Source of the DNA: Balanoglossus misakiensis | Lineage: Eukaryota > Animalia > Hemichordata | Length of the DNA stretch: 64,000 bases | Assembly (NCBI GenBank): GCA_040954595.2 | Contig: CM082592.2 | Coordinates: 5,041,672-5,105,671 of the forward strand | Direction: 5' to 3' | Part shown: positions 26,445 through 37,982 of the stretch, in pieces | Layout of the letters: every line of letters starts with the position of its first letter | Position numbering within the stretch: the stretch's first letter is position 1 | Notes under the pieces: model-generated | The model's database searches: none | Told to the model about the DNA's origin: nothing | The model's input: only the letters and a program-made list of their open reading frames with translations | Position numbers and translations under genes: made by a program

Positions 26445-29400
26445 GCAGGCAGGCAGAAAGGCAGATATGTATGTAGATAGATAGATAGGTAGGTAGGTAG
26501 AATGATAGACAGAGAGACAGGCAGGCAGGCAGGCACGCAGACAGACATACATACATACATACATACAGATAGACAGACAGACACATGTATTGGTAGGTAG
26601 GTAAACAGAAATACAGATAGGTATGTAGATGGTGGATACAAACAGACGTAATGGGGTCAGTGTGATGGTGATCTTGTTCATCGTTCTCGTTCTTCTTGAC
26701 AACGCACCAGTAAACCGTGCCCCAGGTGTCAAATGCGAGCACACAGCACGTACAAAGGTGATAGAAGCGAAGCAGAGAAACGCATTAGAGTAGAGGTATA
26801 TACTGACTGTAAAGACATTCCAGGGGATGCGTTTGTATCGTTATTCTGTAACAGTAACCTGCGCAGAATGGATCGCTGTCCGTGTTTCCGTGGGCCACCT
26901 GACTCTGCGAATCAATCTCCTATTACTCGCAGATTTCGCAAGTGACACGGGATAACATAACCGGCTGCCGTTCTCCTTGTGTCACTTCCTCAGATTACAT
27001 CAATTGTCAATCGATTTACAGAGACTGGCGTGGTAGTCTGTCTTAACCAGTCAACCACTTGCTTTTAGATGCCTTGCATAGAGCCGTATACATATACCCA
27101 CACAGGCACATAGAACATACATGTACATTTGCATCTACGCTTAGTGTCATGGCCAGGCAAGTATCATCGATCTCACAGCAGCAAAACTGCGAACTTGTGC
27201 TTATTTTGAATGGCGATTAAATTCTCTTATGTCCATTTCGCCTAATTGGTAACAATTAGGTCGGCAATTCAGCGCAGTCCCTGGAGACGGCGAATTCAAA
27301 TCTCTCGATGCGAATTACATTGTGTATGTGGGATTTGACTAATTGCTCCTTCTCCGCTTCTCTCGCTCGCTCTCGCCGACAGTGGCGACGTGAACGAGCG
27401 AGAATATTGCAGTTTTCTGCCAGTGCGCTTGAACACACAAGTGCACGATTCGCACGTAAAGTGAACACGTTCATTCGGATTTGTGTTGAGTGGATATCTA
27501 AAAGCCCTGCACCCCCTCCCGTAATTGAGAAGTCTCGTAATTCTTTTCTGGTGTCGGAGTTCATTTACATTCAAGTCGATATTTCTGCATCGGAGTCACG
27601 TGCCACGAGCGTAAAAAATGATGCCACCCAGTGTTACCAGCTCATATATTGGAGAGAGAGAAAAACAGTGCTGGAAATACATGACGAAACAAACGGATCA
27701 AGTCCTGTGTTAGTCTCAGCTTCCTTATCCCTTCCCAACTCATAAACTTTAACGGTCAAGGCCATGGTTGCATGTTAATCAGTATCGGTACTTTGATGGA
27801 GAGAAGGTGATATTAGTAATTTTTTATGTCAGACTTCAAAGCCTAAAAATCTTACTTGAAAATGTCCACATTTGGCCTGGCGAAGTGTTCAATTTTACCA
27901 ACTGAACTGGTGAAAAATGAGCAATGTTTCTATCACGTGACACTGCAAATAGTGCACTTTATCCTTATACGCGTGTATTTACGATAAATTTCACTCATTT
28001 AAATTATGCAACAGAAACCGTTCCCTGGTAGTTGTGCGAGCCGTATCACGTGATTGCCTGGCGACGTCGTTTATATGCTAGTATTTTTTTGCCAACTGAT
28101 TGATGTTGCGTGCGAGTAATGGACACCACTCTTGCAATATACAATATTTAGTCAGGTGGAAATGTTACCCGGCACTCGGAGTAAGTTACACTCTTCAGCC
28201 ATTAAAATCTGATGGGAATAAGTTTTCAAAGTAAAGTGCGTTCGGCATAAAATATTGTCGGCTAAAATACATGTAAATGCCTACAGTGAGTAGTTAAAAG
28301 GGTAAAAAAAAACACTCCCCGCAAAGCGGTGAAGTGGACAGGTGCGTCGAATAAATTTTTCAATTCTGTGTGTTCAGTGTGTGTTTGGACATCAAGCCCT
28401 TGCTGCTACACATTTCAGTGCATGGTTTGAAAAGAAAATGGCGGGGCAACAGAAATTGGCAAGAATCCGTTTTCTAACGCGTACACAGAAGGGCGGAAGG
28501 ACAGAGCGATTCTTGCGAGAATACAAAACAGAACGGAGGTGCTATACCGAATATCTATTACGAAAAAAAGTTTTACTAAAAAAAACAGAACGATAACGTC
28601 AATTTTTTTATGTTTCTTAAAGAAATCGACACACATAACACAACACCATGCCGTAAGGAATGCCTTAGATAAGATCATTAGCAAGCTTTCTGATATTAAA
28701 ATCTTTAATTAAAATTTATGCCTTCGCTGTGTATTACGAGGCTCACCGAATACTTAATTAATCGCATAATGGATTCGCTCTGGGTCCATAAATCAATCAA
28801 TTAACCACCTATCAATCACCTCAAAAAACAAACCATGGAGTTGACCGCAGAAAACAGAAGGGAGGGGACCCTTATAGTCTTTGCTCACTGGTCCGTTTGG
28901 GATAATTTAAGACCCACTTATCTTTAGCACAGAGGCGATACTTTTCCTTCTTTTACACGGAAATCTCCTGTTTAAAGACATTGGGAGGAAAGTTTCGACG
29001 GAAGCGCAGTCTTGTAGTAGGTGGAGCCGATATGTTTTACCTGCGCGGGGAAGCAGATATGTCGCGCGTGATGTAGTGTGTTGAGAACGGACTGCGAATG
29101 GTTTTACTGCCACGGCAAATAGCGTGAGTCGCCGCAGAGGTATGACGAAGCGGACGAAAGTTCAATTTCCGAAGCCAGTTCCCCGGAGGACGTAGTAACA
29201 AAAACTTAATTACGTTAACAGGTTTTTGTATTCCGCTAAATGTCAGGGCCCCGCCATTTATTTAGTAACGTTCGTGCTATGTTGCCAGCGGCTCAACTAC
29301 AGCGAACAGAGAAATAATTGTATACTCTTTTCCCGCTTTAAGAATTTGTGGCTAGACACGGCAACAACTTGGACTGCATTTCCATGTCATCCAATACATT

Positions 29401-32400
29401 TCCCTCATTTCTACTTTGATGGACGTAAACGTTTAGGGTCAATCCCCCGTAATCGTCAATTACGTTTGCGAAAACACCGACAGCGGTGATGCTTTATGAA
29501 GGCAAAGAGGAAAACTAAATGTATATGCGTATCTTGGGGCATGCAAGTCGTATTTCCCCCTTTCAGTCGACCAGATCAAATTAGAACTCAGGGCATGAGA
29601 AAACGAATACAGGTTAGAAGCGATTGAGTACAACACTCTCCTTCGTATTTCTACAGCGTTTACTATAGTATTAAGTGGTGAGTCTAAATGAGTTGAGAAA
29701 CGTTTCAGAGGAGCAATCTATCCTGGTTGGGCAAATGACATTGAACATCTTTTGCCATTAACACATCCGGGAACTCAAAGAAAAAGTAATTCAATTGAAG
29801 TTCTATGGTAGATACATGTATAGTGATGTTGTTTCCAAATATGACACGTCTGTTACTTAAATGATGAGTGACAGAATTCCTGGATTATCGCCCCAAATGG
29901 TATCCACCGTCCGAATTTGGTGAAATATGGCGAGATACATCGAACCACTGACGATCCAACAATTATGTGCGCTGTAATTATAAGTATGTCAGACTAAAAG
30001 GAACAGAAATGGTTTTAATTAGTACTGGATTTAATGGACCCCGGTGCGGTAATTTCAGTTGACACACCCCATGGCAGGAATTTACGGATGGACGATGACC
30101 CGATTTCCGAGAAAGCCGAAATAACAAAGGGATGAACCAACCCTCGGGAATGAGTCCGCTCGTGGAAATGTGTACCGACTTAAACAAAACTTCCGATTTG
30201 GATCGTCTCGAGTCCAGTAATGTTAACTATGCCCCTGCAAGTCGACAAATTTCCGCCACAAGTAAACTGCGCGACCTTTTACACGAGATGACCCCGCTAG
30301 GACTATTGATTACATTTCAGACTGCAATCGAATATCCATTCTCGGCATACTCCGAACATCTGATTCGTATCTGGGCGGAATGAGCAGATCGTACACGCGA
30401 ACCGCTGTTGACAAAAAAATTGACATCCTGTAATGATGTTGACTGACTTGCCGGCGGTGTCGATACTCGTGTTGTACACGATCCCAGCCGAGGAGACTTC
30501 TTCGACAGCCACTTCGCGTTTGGAACCGACCAATTTAAAAACACGACGGATGATCTCATCACTTCCATATGTCGCGTGATGACTCAGCAACACGACGACA
30601 TACAACACAGATGCCGCGACTGACGTGAAAATAAAAGGTTATATGTGTTAAGGCCGCGGATCACAGCAAAGAAATCACAGAAACAGTACTGCACAGTACA
30701 GTACAGTACAGTACAGTACAGTACAGTACAGTACAGTACAGTACAGTACAGTACAGTACAGTACAGTACAGCACAGTACAGTACAGTACAGTACAGTACT
30801 GTACAGTACAGTACAAACTAAAGAAAACCAGTTGATGCGAATTTTCTGAACAAAGAATGTTGCCATGACGCCCAGGTGCATCAGAGTTTGTTTTTCAGTT
30901 TTTAAGAGGTTGAGAAAAATGGTGCTTTGGGAATTAAAACCGAAGAGTAAAACGTGTCATAGCGCTCAAAGTAGCTATGGCAAGAAACATATACGCGGTT
31001 CAGAACCTGATGAATTGGTGTTCACCTAAATTAAAATCGCGTGGTATCTACCCTTGAACTATGTATGAAACCAATGGCATATATCGTGACCGTAATAATC
31101 AAATAACCTTTCGTGTCCTTTTGAGCGCGCTCGTCCTTGTGCTCGACCTACATCGGAGCATTCGGGAATCGGTGCAAGTGAATTGTGATAAAATTAAATA
31201 CTGCCCCGAAGACATTAATAAGGTTTGAAATTTCCAATACAGACTTTGTTTAGATTGTCGCTGGGATGTACATGTATATGTGATACTGTTCAACGTGTTC
31301 TCTCGTACAAAAAAATAACAAGAAAGAAATCAAGGATTCTGCACGACGTCTTCTTTAAAATTCACCTTGCACATTAAAATATGAATCGTTTGGACTTATC
31401 GCGATGTTGTTTGCTCTAGATCAGACGTGACTGGATTTCAAGTTGTGGTAATAATTTTAGCCGAAATGAGACATATCCTCGTTTATGATATGGAGAAAGC
31501 TTTGATATATTTCCCCATACTTTATCGTTTAGAGCTGTAAGTTTCGTATATCAAGGAAGGTGTTTTACAAGAAACGACGACAAAATATAGTATGTCAGTT
31601 GATCTGTCCTTACTTTTAGAATGCACTTGTTTATGAGTAACGCAGAGTAGAGGTGGAAAGGGGCAAGCTAATAAGTACGACGGGGTCAGCGCGCGTGGCA
31701 CTATAATTTGCCAACGGTTAGTTTTTCAAGATCAATGTGAAGATTTAAAGTACGTGACCCGAGACCTTTCGTTTTGACACAATAACACAATTTCCACAAA
31801 AACTAGCATAATTATGCACTCACACGTACTTCCCTCCCTTTATCTCGAAACAGTCTTGAAACTTGTGAGACTTGATAATGAAAAACTGAAGAAAAAGTCG
31901 AAAACGTGAACTTTGGGCTTTGGCGGGCTGTGAGCATCACTTTTTGTCGCTTGGTTGAAAATAGTACACTAGATATGCCCACTTTCTTTCCCTCCACCCA
32001 TGAACAAAATGCTTTAGATGACAATTTCAGTCGGATGCTTAGCGGGACTGTGCTTGTCAAAATGTCAACGTTAGGGGATTAAAAGGATTTGTAGTCGGAA
32101 TATTGCCTGGCAGTGATGATGAAAAACCAAACGGCGTCTTTTCAACACCGCTTTCGTCTTACACGATAGAATTTACCTCAGCGGTAATCAATTAGAATTA
32201 CTCCGAAGCCAGGAGTTTCTCGAATAATCGTCGTTGATTGATGTGGTCGTCAGAATGACGACATGCGTAGGAGAATTCGCGATCGAAGTTTATGGCGGTT
32301 TTACGACCTGACGGGCATAAGTTCAGTCATTTTTCATCGCCATCTTTTTTGTGCGCGCACCGGAGAGACGTAAATGAATATCGACTCGGTATTTCCCAAG

Positions 32401-35400
32401 GTCGACACGGAAGGATTCTCGCCAGGATGGCAATCAATATGGATGTATTTGTGTAATAATGCTAATGTATCTTTTAGTAGAGCCATGTAGACATGAATTA
32501 CGCACTCACTACAAGTTGCAAAAGCTCTCCCCTGATTGGAGGTCGCGACCCTGGTGACCCCGACGCGCCAGCCTCGTTCGCGGCGTGCCAAATCCCCCAC
32601 CGCCGCGAGTAGCTAGCGCGAATCCACACGGCGCCGGCATACGCTCTGAAAAACATACCCACTCACTTCAAGCGGTGGTCAATTTGGGACCGATCGCACA
32701 TCCCAGAGTTTATCTTACACATGGGAGGTTTTGTTTTCCGTCTTTCTGTGCGGTCCTAAAACATGATCCACACCTGGACGTCATGTCTAATTGACAATTT
32801 TGCAAATCTATATACGCGAGAGGAAGCGTGCGGTTGCCGACGCCGGGTGTCAGTCAGTAATGTGACGATAATCCATTAGATTGCTACAAAGCATTTACTT
32901 GTGGCGACTTTAATGGCTTCCTAATATGATTGACGTTTAAGGAATAATTGCCAAATGACAAAGCCGACATGACACTTGTAATATTTGAAAAAAAGTAAAT
33001 ATTCTATTCATGTGTAATTAAACCCTTTTCCAGAGTTTCATTCAACAAGAGAACATTTTAATAAGACATCGTGAACAATGATATTTTTGCAATTAACCAC
33101 AATATATGCTTTGAAGACTAAGAGATCCATTTATAACACTTCAGTGTTCTTTACCGAAGGAAATTATCCCGGAAGCGTTGAATCAAACGACACAGAAACA
33201 TAGGATATTGACACGCAACACTTTTTTTCTGTTTTGTCCTCCAGGTTGCCATGGTTCCGAAAGCGCGGAACGTCTCTTCCGAACCTTGATTGACAACTAC
33301 AACCATCTTATACGTCCAGTGGTCAATGTGACAGAAATAATAAACGTGACATTTGGACTTTCTATCTCACAGTTGATAGACATTGTAAGTAAAATGCCTT
33401 TTTTAAATGCCAGTTTCGATTCGCTCTACCACCTATTACAGGTATGCGGTCACCTATGCAAATTTAGCCACAATACGAAACATTTAAATTTATATCCACA
33501 AATCATGTTTCGGTGTCCTGCTATGAAATATAGAATAAGGATAAGGACACTAACTGTTGTAGTTTAATTAAGCCGCGAAAACAACTTTCCGGCAAATTGC
33601 TGCACGATCCTGGTGATCGGATGATAAGGATGTTAATTTTTGTAGTGTCGTTGCCGCGGAAAGCACCGTCTTTCGAACGAAAACAATCAGTGCACGGCAG
33701 GGCCATAACCACAAAACCCCCCATTTACGACCAAGCATGACTTTAATACGATGAAGGATGCTGGAATTTATCGCCGCCGAAATCGCCGATCTCCACGACA
33801 AGCTTAAGGGTTCGTTTCGGTGCTGACATATGAATTGATAGACGGATTAGACGAGATTTCGTTTACAATGGTGTAATCGCGTGCGTGTATTTCGAGGCAG
33901 AGCGGTCACGTCTTCCGCGAGATCAGTAGTTCCCCGCGCCCCAATCCTGCGCGTGATTTATCGCGCACACTTCTACAGAATCTGAAAACGTCAGGGTAGT
34001 CGTACCAGATACCTCTGTAGATTCATCTAGGTGTAGTCTTTTTCTCCATACGTTTTCCCCGTTGTTATGACGCAAGCTTTAGGAACCGCGTTCACCCTAA
34101 ACAAGGGCGCCCCTACCAATAACAAACATACATGTACTTTCTTTTCGATGCTGTCACTTTGACCAGATCAACACATTTCATGTTTCATCTCAGGTCTCTG
34201 TTGTCTGGTGTCAGTAACCCCATCGTTCGGTTTTTCTAGCCCATTCTGGACTACTCCCGCCTGTTAGAAATAAATACGAACGGAAACAGATCTTCTTGTA
34301 AAACAGTTTCATTTCAGCGTGGCCCCTCTCTTTAATTGAGGGTTACCTGACCCTTCAAATGGATTTAATAGAGGTCACCGCACCCCATGCCTGATAAATA
34401 TTAAACATCGTTAAAATTGAATCGAATACGAGCTATGATTAAAGTCACGCAAATCGAGCGTCAGGTAATGGTTTTCGCAATTACTTATAATTCGCATTAT
34501 CGATTCTTTTTTATTCCAAGGCAACGGTATTTTTTGGCGCTGGTTCACGTGTCTCAGTCATTTCGGCAACATTTCACAGAGACATTTCCGCGTATATACA
34601 GCATTGATGACGCGTCGCAATGCATCGTTGGTAGCCCTATAGTGCACGAGACTTTGATTTCTTCTCGCTCAAGAAGTTTTCTATCGCCGACGACGTTTAT
34701 TAATCTACGAGTGTAACGCGCGCGCCCACTAGAAAATCTCCTCGCATATATCACATTTATGAGTTTATTGCTTAATTAAATTAATGGCAGTGAGTTGGCC
34801 TGCAGTTAGTGAATAATATAAGACTAAAACAAATTACTTCGGCGGTGCTCTGTGACCGTACCTTGTCATAGCCTCGACTCGTGTTCAGCATTTCTATGCG
34901 GGGATGTCTTTTGTCTGTGAATTTGAGTGAATTTTTTAGATTTATAGAAATATGTCTGTGTTAAGGGAATTTGTCGTTCGCGCCGAAGAAAATTTGGTTT
35001 CAGACTTTAAATGGCTCGAATTTCTCGTATCTTGCTCAGAGAATCTTTGGAATCATAGTCTCTCTTAAATTTGGGAATCAAAATTTGTGTCACAGTGCAA
35101 AATTTTAGAATGATGGAGATAAATTGTCTAAAATTTGAAATTCAAAATGGCCGCCAAACTTAAACTGTTGACTATACACCTTATCGGGGCCATAGCTTCG
35201 ATAATGATGTCAGTGAACGAGGGCAGTAAGGTTACGTCGCAATACGGTATTGTGGCGTCCGAAACATGTACATGTACCCTGGGCTCGAGCAAAATCAGGT
35301 CACCCATGCCCGAAAATCCTTGCAACGCGGCCAAAACGCAGCGGGCGCGAACGACTGAAGACACCACGCACTCATATTTTGCATAGTGAAGAAGACACTG

Positions 35401-37982
35401 CCACGACATTCGATACAGTGGAGCCGCCATTGTGAATTCCGCGCGAAGTCCCCAGCCACCCAGAGACTGATGTGTTTTTCATCCTCTCAGCCAAAGCACA
35501 ACAAGCGTGTTTACTGCCCGTGTGAAGCATAACTGTCACATCAGGGATTCTACAGATGTCATTGACATAAGGATTGTTCGCCGGAGATACTCTCGTAAAG
35601 TTTCATTCTGGTGTCGCTTTGACTATCCTGGGTACTTCAACAATATAATATTAATAGTATATACATGTACTTTTTTTCCTGCTACAGGATGAAAGAAACC
35701 AGATTATGACGACGAGTGTTTGGGTAAAACAGGTGAGTCCGTGGTAGAATGTCTACCTTATCTGGAAAGCCACGTTATATAAAGAAAAGACGTTTTGAAA
35801 ATGTTCAAGCCAATAGAGTGTATAACATTGTTCAACTTTCTCTGTAATTTGTATTTGTGCGATTGATCACTTTATTTGAGAACTGAATGTTCGCCTTGCA
35901 GAAATGGCACGACTATCAATTGGAGTGGGAACCCTCCGATTTTGACGGCCTCGAGCTTCTCCATATACCCGTGCATTTGTTATGGATGCCGGATATTCTG
36001 CTGTACAACAAGTGAGTATGACAGCATATGCTGCTTGAGGGCGTAGTTTCTTTACCAATTGTCGTTCACCACATTGGCATGTCACTTTCTCTTCACTCGT
36101 CTTCATCACACGACGTACACTATATTCCATTGCGTGTTTAATTGAAGTAAAGTCTATGATATTGTGCAAATTCAGAGGGAGTCCCCGGGCGGAGTTCACA
36201 CCCTGAGATTGGCCCCGTTTCCGCGTTAATTACATGCATTTCTCGTTTCAGTGCCGACGGTCCGTACAACGTCCAGTTCATGACCAACGCCCTGGTGTAC
36301 AGCAACGGAATCGTGTACTGGGTGCCGCCGGCCATCTACAAAAGCTCGTGCAAGATCGACATTGAGTTCTTCCCGTTCGATGAGCAGAAATGCATCATGA
36401 AGTTCGGCTCGTGGACGCACGACGGCCTCGTGCTGGACCTGATCATCATGGACGACTACGTGGGACAGGAAGACTACTGGGAGAACGGCGAGTGGGACAT
36501 CGTGGAGTCGCCGGTGGACAGGCACGCCATCAAGTACCCGTGCTGCGAGGAGATCTACATCGACATCACCTTCACCTTCGTGCTGCACAGGAAATCGCTG
36601 TTCTACGTCGTCACGCTGGTCATCCCCTGCCTGCTGATCTCCTTCCTCACCATGCTGGTGTTCTACCTGCCGTCGGACGCCTGCGAGAAGATCACGCTCT
36701 CCATCTCCATCCTGCTGGCCCTCATTGTGTTCCTGCTGCTGATCAGCGAGATCATCCCGCCGACGTCCACCAGCCTGCCGCTCATCGGCCGCTACATGTT
36801 GTTCACCATGTCGCTGGTCACCCTCTCCATCGTGGCCACCGTCATCGTCATCAACGTCCACTTCCGCAGTAACAAGACCCACATCATGCCCGGCTGGGTG
36901 CGCAAGGTGTTCATCGACACGCTGCCGAAGTACCTGCACATGGAGCGGCCGCCCAAAACTTACTCGGTGGCTCAGGAGCGGCTGAACAGGCGGAATGTCA
37001 AAAACGCCGAGGAGGGCCACTCGAACGGATACTACGACAAACGCTTCATGAAGTCGGCGGCCAAGTACATGGTGAACACCATCACGCCTTCGTTGTTGGA
37101 GGAAATAGAGGGAAGAGAACAAACAAACAAAGGCTACCCTGAGTGTAGCCAAGAATTACCAATGGAATACAAGGAGGCGTTAAACAGTCTCCAGTTTATT
37201 ACGAATCACCTGAAAGCAGAAGATGCCGAGGATGATGTAAGTACATGTACTGCACTCTTGTTCTTTCAGTCGTTTGTTCCCCTTCGCTGTCATCTTCTAG
37301 ACCATGCGTCTATTGATCATGATAGAGTCGATGGTTTTATTCAGAAAGCAAATCGTGTGAATGGCGACGCAACTGTGTGTTTTTTGTTCCCAGTAAATTT
37401 GACGACATAAAATACTCCTAAATCGAGTGTAGTGTAATGTAATGAAGTGTTACAGTAATGTACTCTATAGTGGACTTAAATGTAGTGGAGTGGAGTGGAC
37501 GTGGTTACTGAACCTAATATTACACGTATGTCGCCGCGATATCACAGCGCTGCCAACGGCAGAAATGGACCAGCCTGAAACCAGACTAGAGTAAAGCCCC
37601 TGATAAACACTGACGCAACGTGTAAAACAGAAAAATACACATACCTGTTCTTCACTCTCTCCTTAATGACTTACGTTAATCAATCTGATAATGTCCGTTT
37701 GTTTTAGTCTGTAATCATTCCAAAACTCACACACTTCAATTACAGTGTTCATTTGATCGATTCCTTTTCTTCTTTGTTTAGTCGAGTGAAGACTGGAAGT
37801 TCGTCGCCTTGGTGATCGACCGCTGTCTCTTGTGGATATTCCTCATAGTCTGTGTGGTGGGCACGTGTGCAATTCTCATGAACTCTCGCGTGATGTGGGA
37901 AGGACCGAATGAACACGATACACCGCCAATAACAGAACCCATATTGGTTGAAAGAATAGCGTACAGCGAATACAGTGTGTAA
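24823..37982 (+). CDS. Neuronal-type nicotinic acetylcholine receptor alpha subunit (CHRNA2/3/4/6-like), spliced gene 1: join(24823..24874,33245..33384,35688..35732,35902..36011,36252..37236,37782..37982), 1533 nt, about 510 aa
   Basis: All junctions are GT-AG and phase-compatible (1,0,0,2,0). The protein has a signal peptide, loop A ([12 protein letters not shown]), Cys-loop [15 protein letters not shown], loop B WTHD, loop C with vicinal cysteines (KYPCCEEIY, the alpha-subunit hallmark), TM1-TM3, an MA helix and TM4 ([18 protein letters not shown]). The exact orthologue cannot be assigned without a phylogeny. Confidence 0.93.
26379..26636. repeat. Compound tetranucleotide microsatellite (GATA/GACA/GGCA/GGTA/CATA)
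   Basis: Mosaic of related 4-mers in intron 1 of gene 1. Confidence 0.92.
29657..29677 (+). CDS. Candidate 21-nt in-frame microexon of nAChR gene 1 (adds AFTIVLS to the signal peptide)
   Basis: Strong acceptor ctctccttcgtatttctacag, then CGTTTACTATAGTATTAAGTG, then donor gtgagt. The length is divisible by 3, and the exon is open and hydrophobic in the required phase 1. No transcript evidence. Confidence 0.5.
30684..30815. repeat. (CAGTA)n pentanucleotide microsatellite
   Basis: About 26 near-perfect units. Confidence 0.95.
33245..33384 (+). CDS. nAChR gene 1 exon 2 (140 bp; [46 protein letters not shown])
   Basis: Polypyrimidine tract plus ccag acceptor and gtaagt donor. Encodes the typical nAChR N-terminal helix and the RPV...GLSISQLID motif. 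Confidence 0.95.
35688..35732 (+). CDS. nAChR gene 1 exon 3 (45 bp; [15 protein letters not shown])
   Basis: tttttttcctgctacag acceptor and gtgagt donor. Matches the conserved 45-bp DEKNQxMTTxVW exon of neuronal CHRN genes. Confidence 0.95.
35902..36011 (+). CDS. nAChR gene 1 exon 4 (110 bp; [37 protein letters not shown])
   Basis: ttgcag acceptor and gtgagt donor. Matches the conserved 110-bp exon carrying WxDxxLxW and WxPDIxLYN. Confidence 0.95.
36252..37236 (+). CDS. nAChR gene 1 exon 5 (985 bp; Cys-loop, loops B/C, TM1-TM3, intracellular loop)
   Basis: tttcag acceptor, gtaagt donor after ...AEDAEDD. Corresponds to ORF 36280..37410 of the track up to the donor. Confidence 0.96.
37782..37982 (+). 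CDS. nAChR gene 1 exon 6 (TM4 and C-terminus; [34 protein letters not shown]...YSEYSV*)
   Basis: ttccttttcttctttgtttag acceptor, conserved EDWKxVAxVIDR motif, TAA at 37980-37982. Confidence 0.94.
   Translation, partial: SSEDWKFVALVIDRCLLWIFLIVCVVGTCAILMNSRVMWEGPNEHDTPPITEPILVERIAYSEYSV

Noticed and set aside
26665-26725. Hydrophobic [20 protein letters not shown] as an alternative first exon
   Set aside because: The donor would be G|GTGTCA, a poor match, and the segment abuts a microsatellite.
34961-35165. TTAA-starting repeat-like fragment containing aaattcaaaatggccgcc; a similar one-ended fragment ends in cctccaccttaa at about 44786
   Set aside because: Probably transposon remnants, but I found no matching second TIR or TSD.
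36226-37152. 308-aa antisense ORF and 160-aa alternative-frame ORF (36390..36872)
   Set aside because: Shadows of the high-GC3 nAChR exon 5. Codon bias removes stops from the other frames, and no domain is recognisable.
37237-37410. C-terminal extension of ORF 36280..37410
   Set aside because: Intron read-through past the GTAAGT donor. The true TM4 exon is at 37782.
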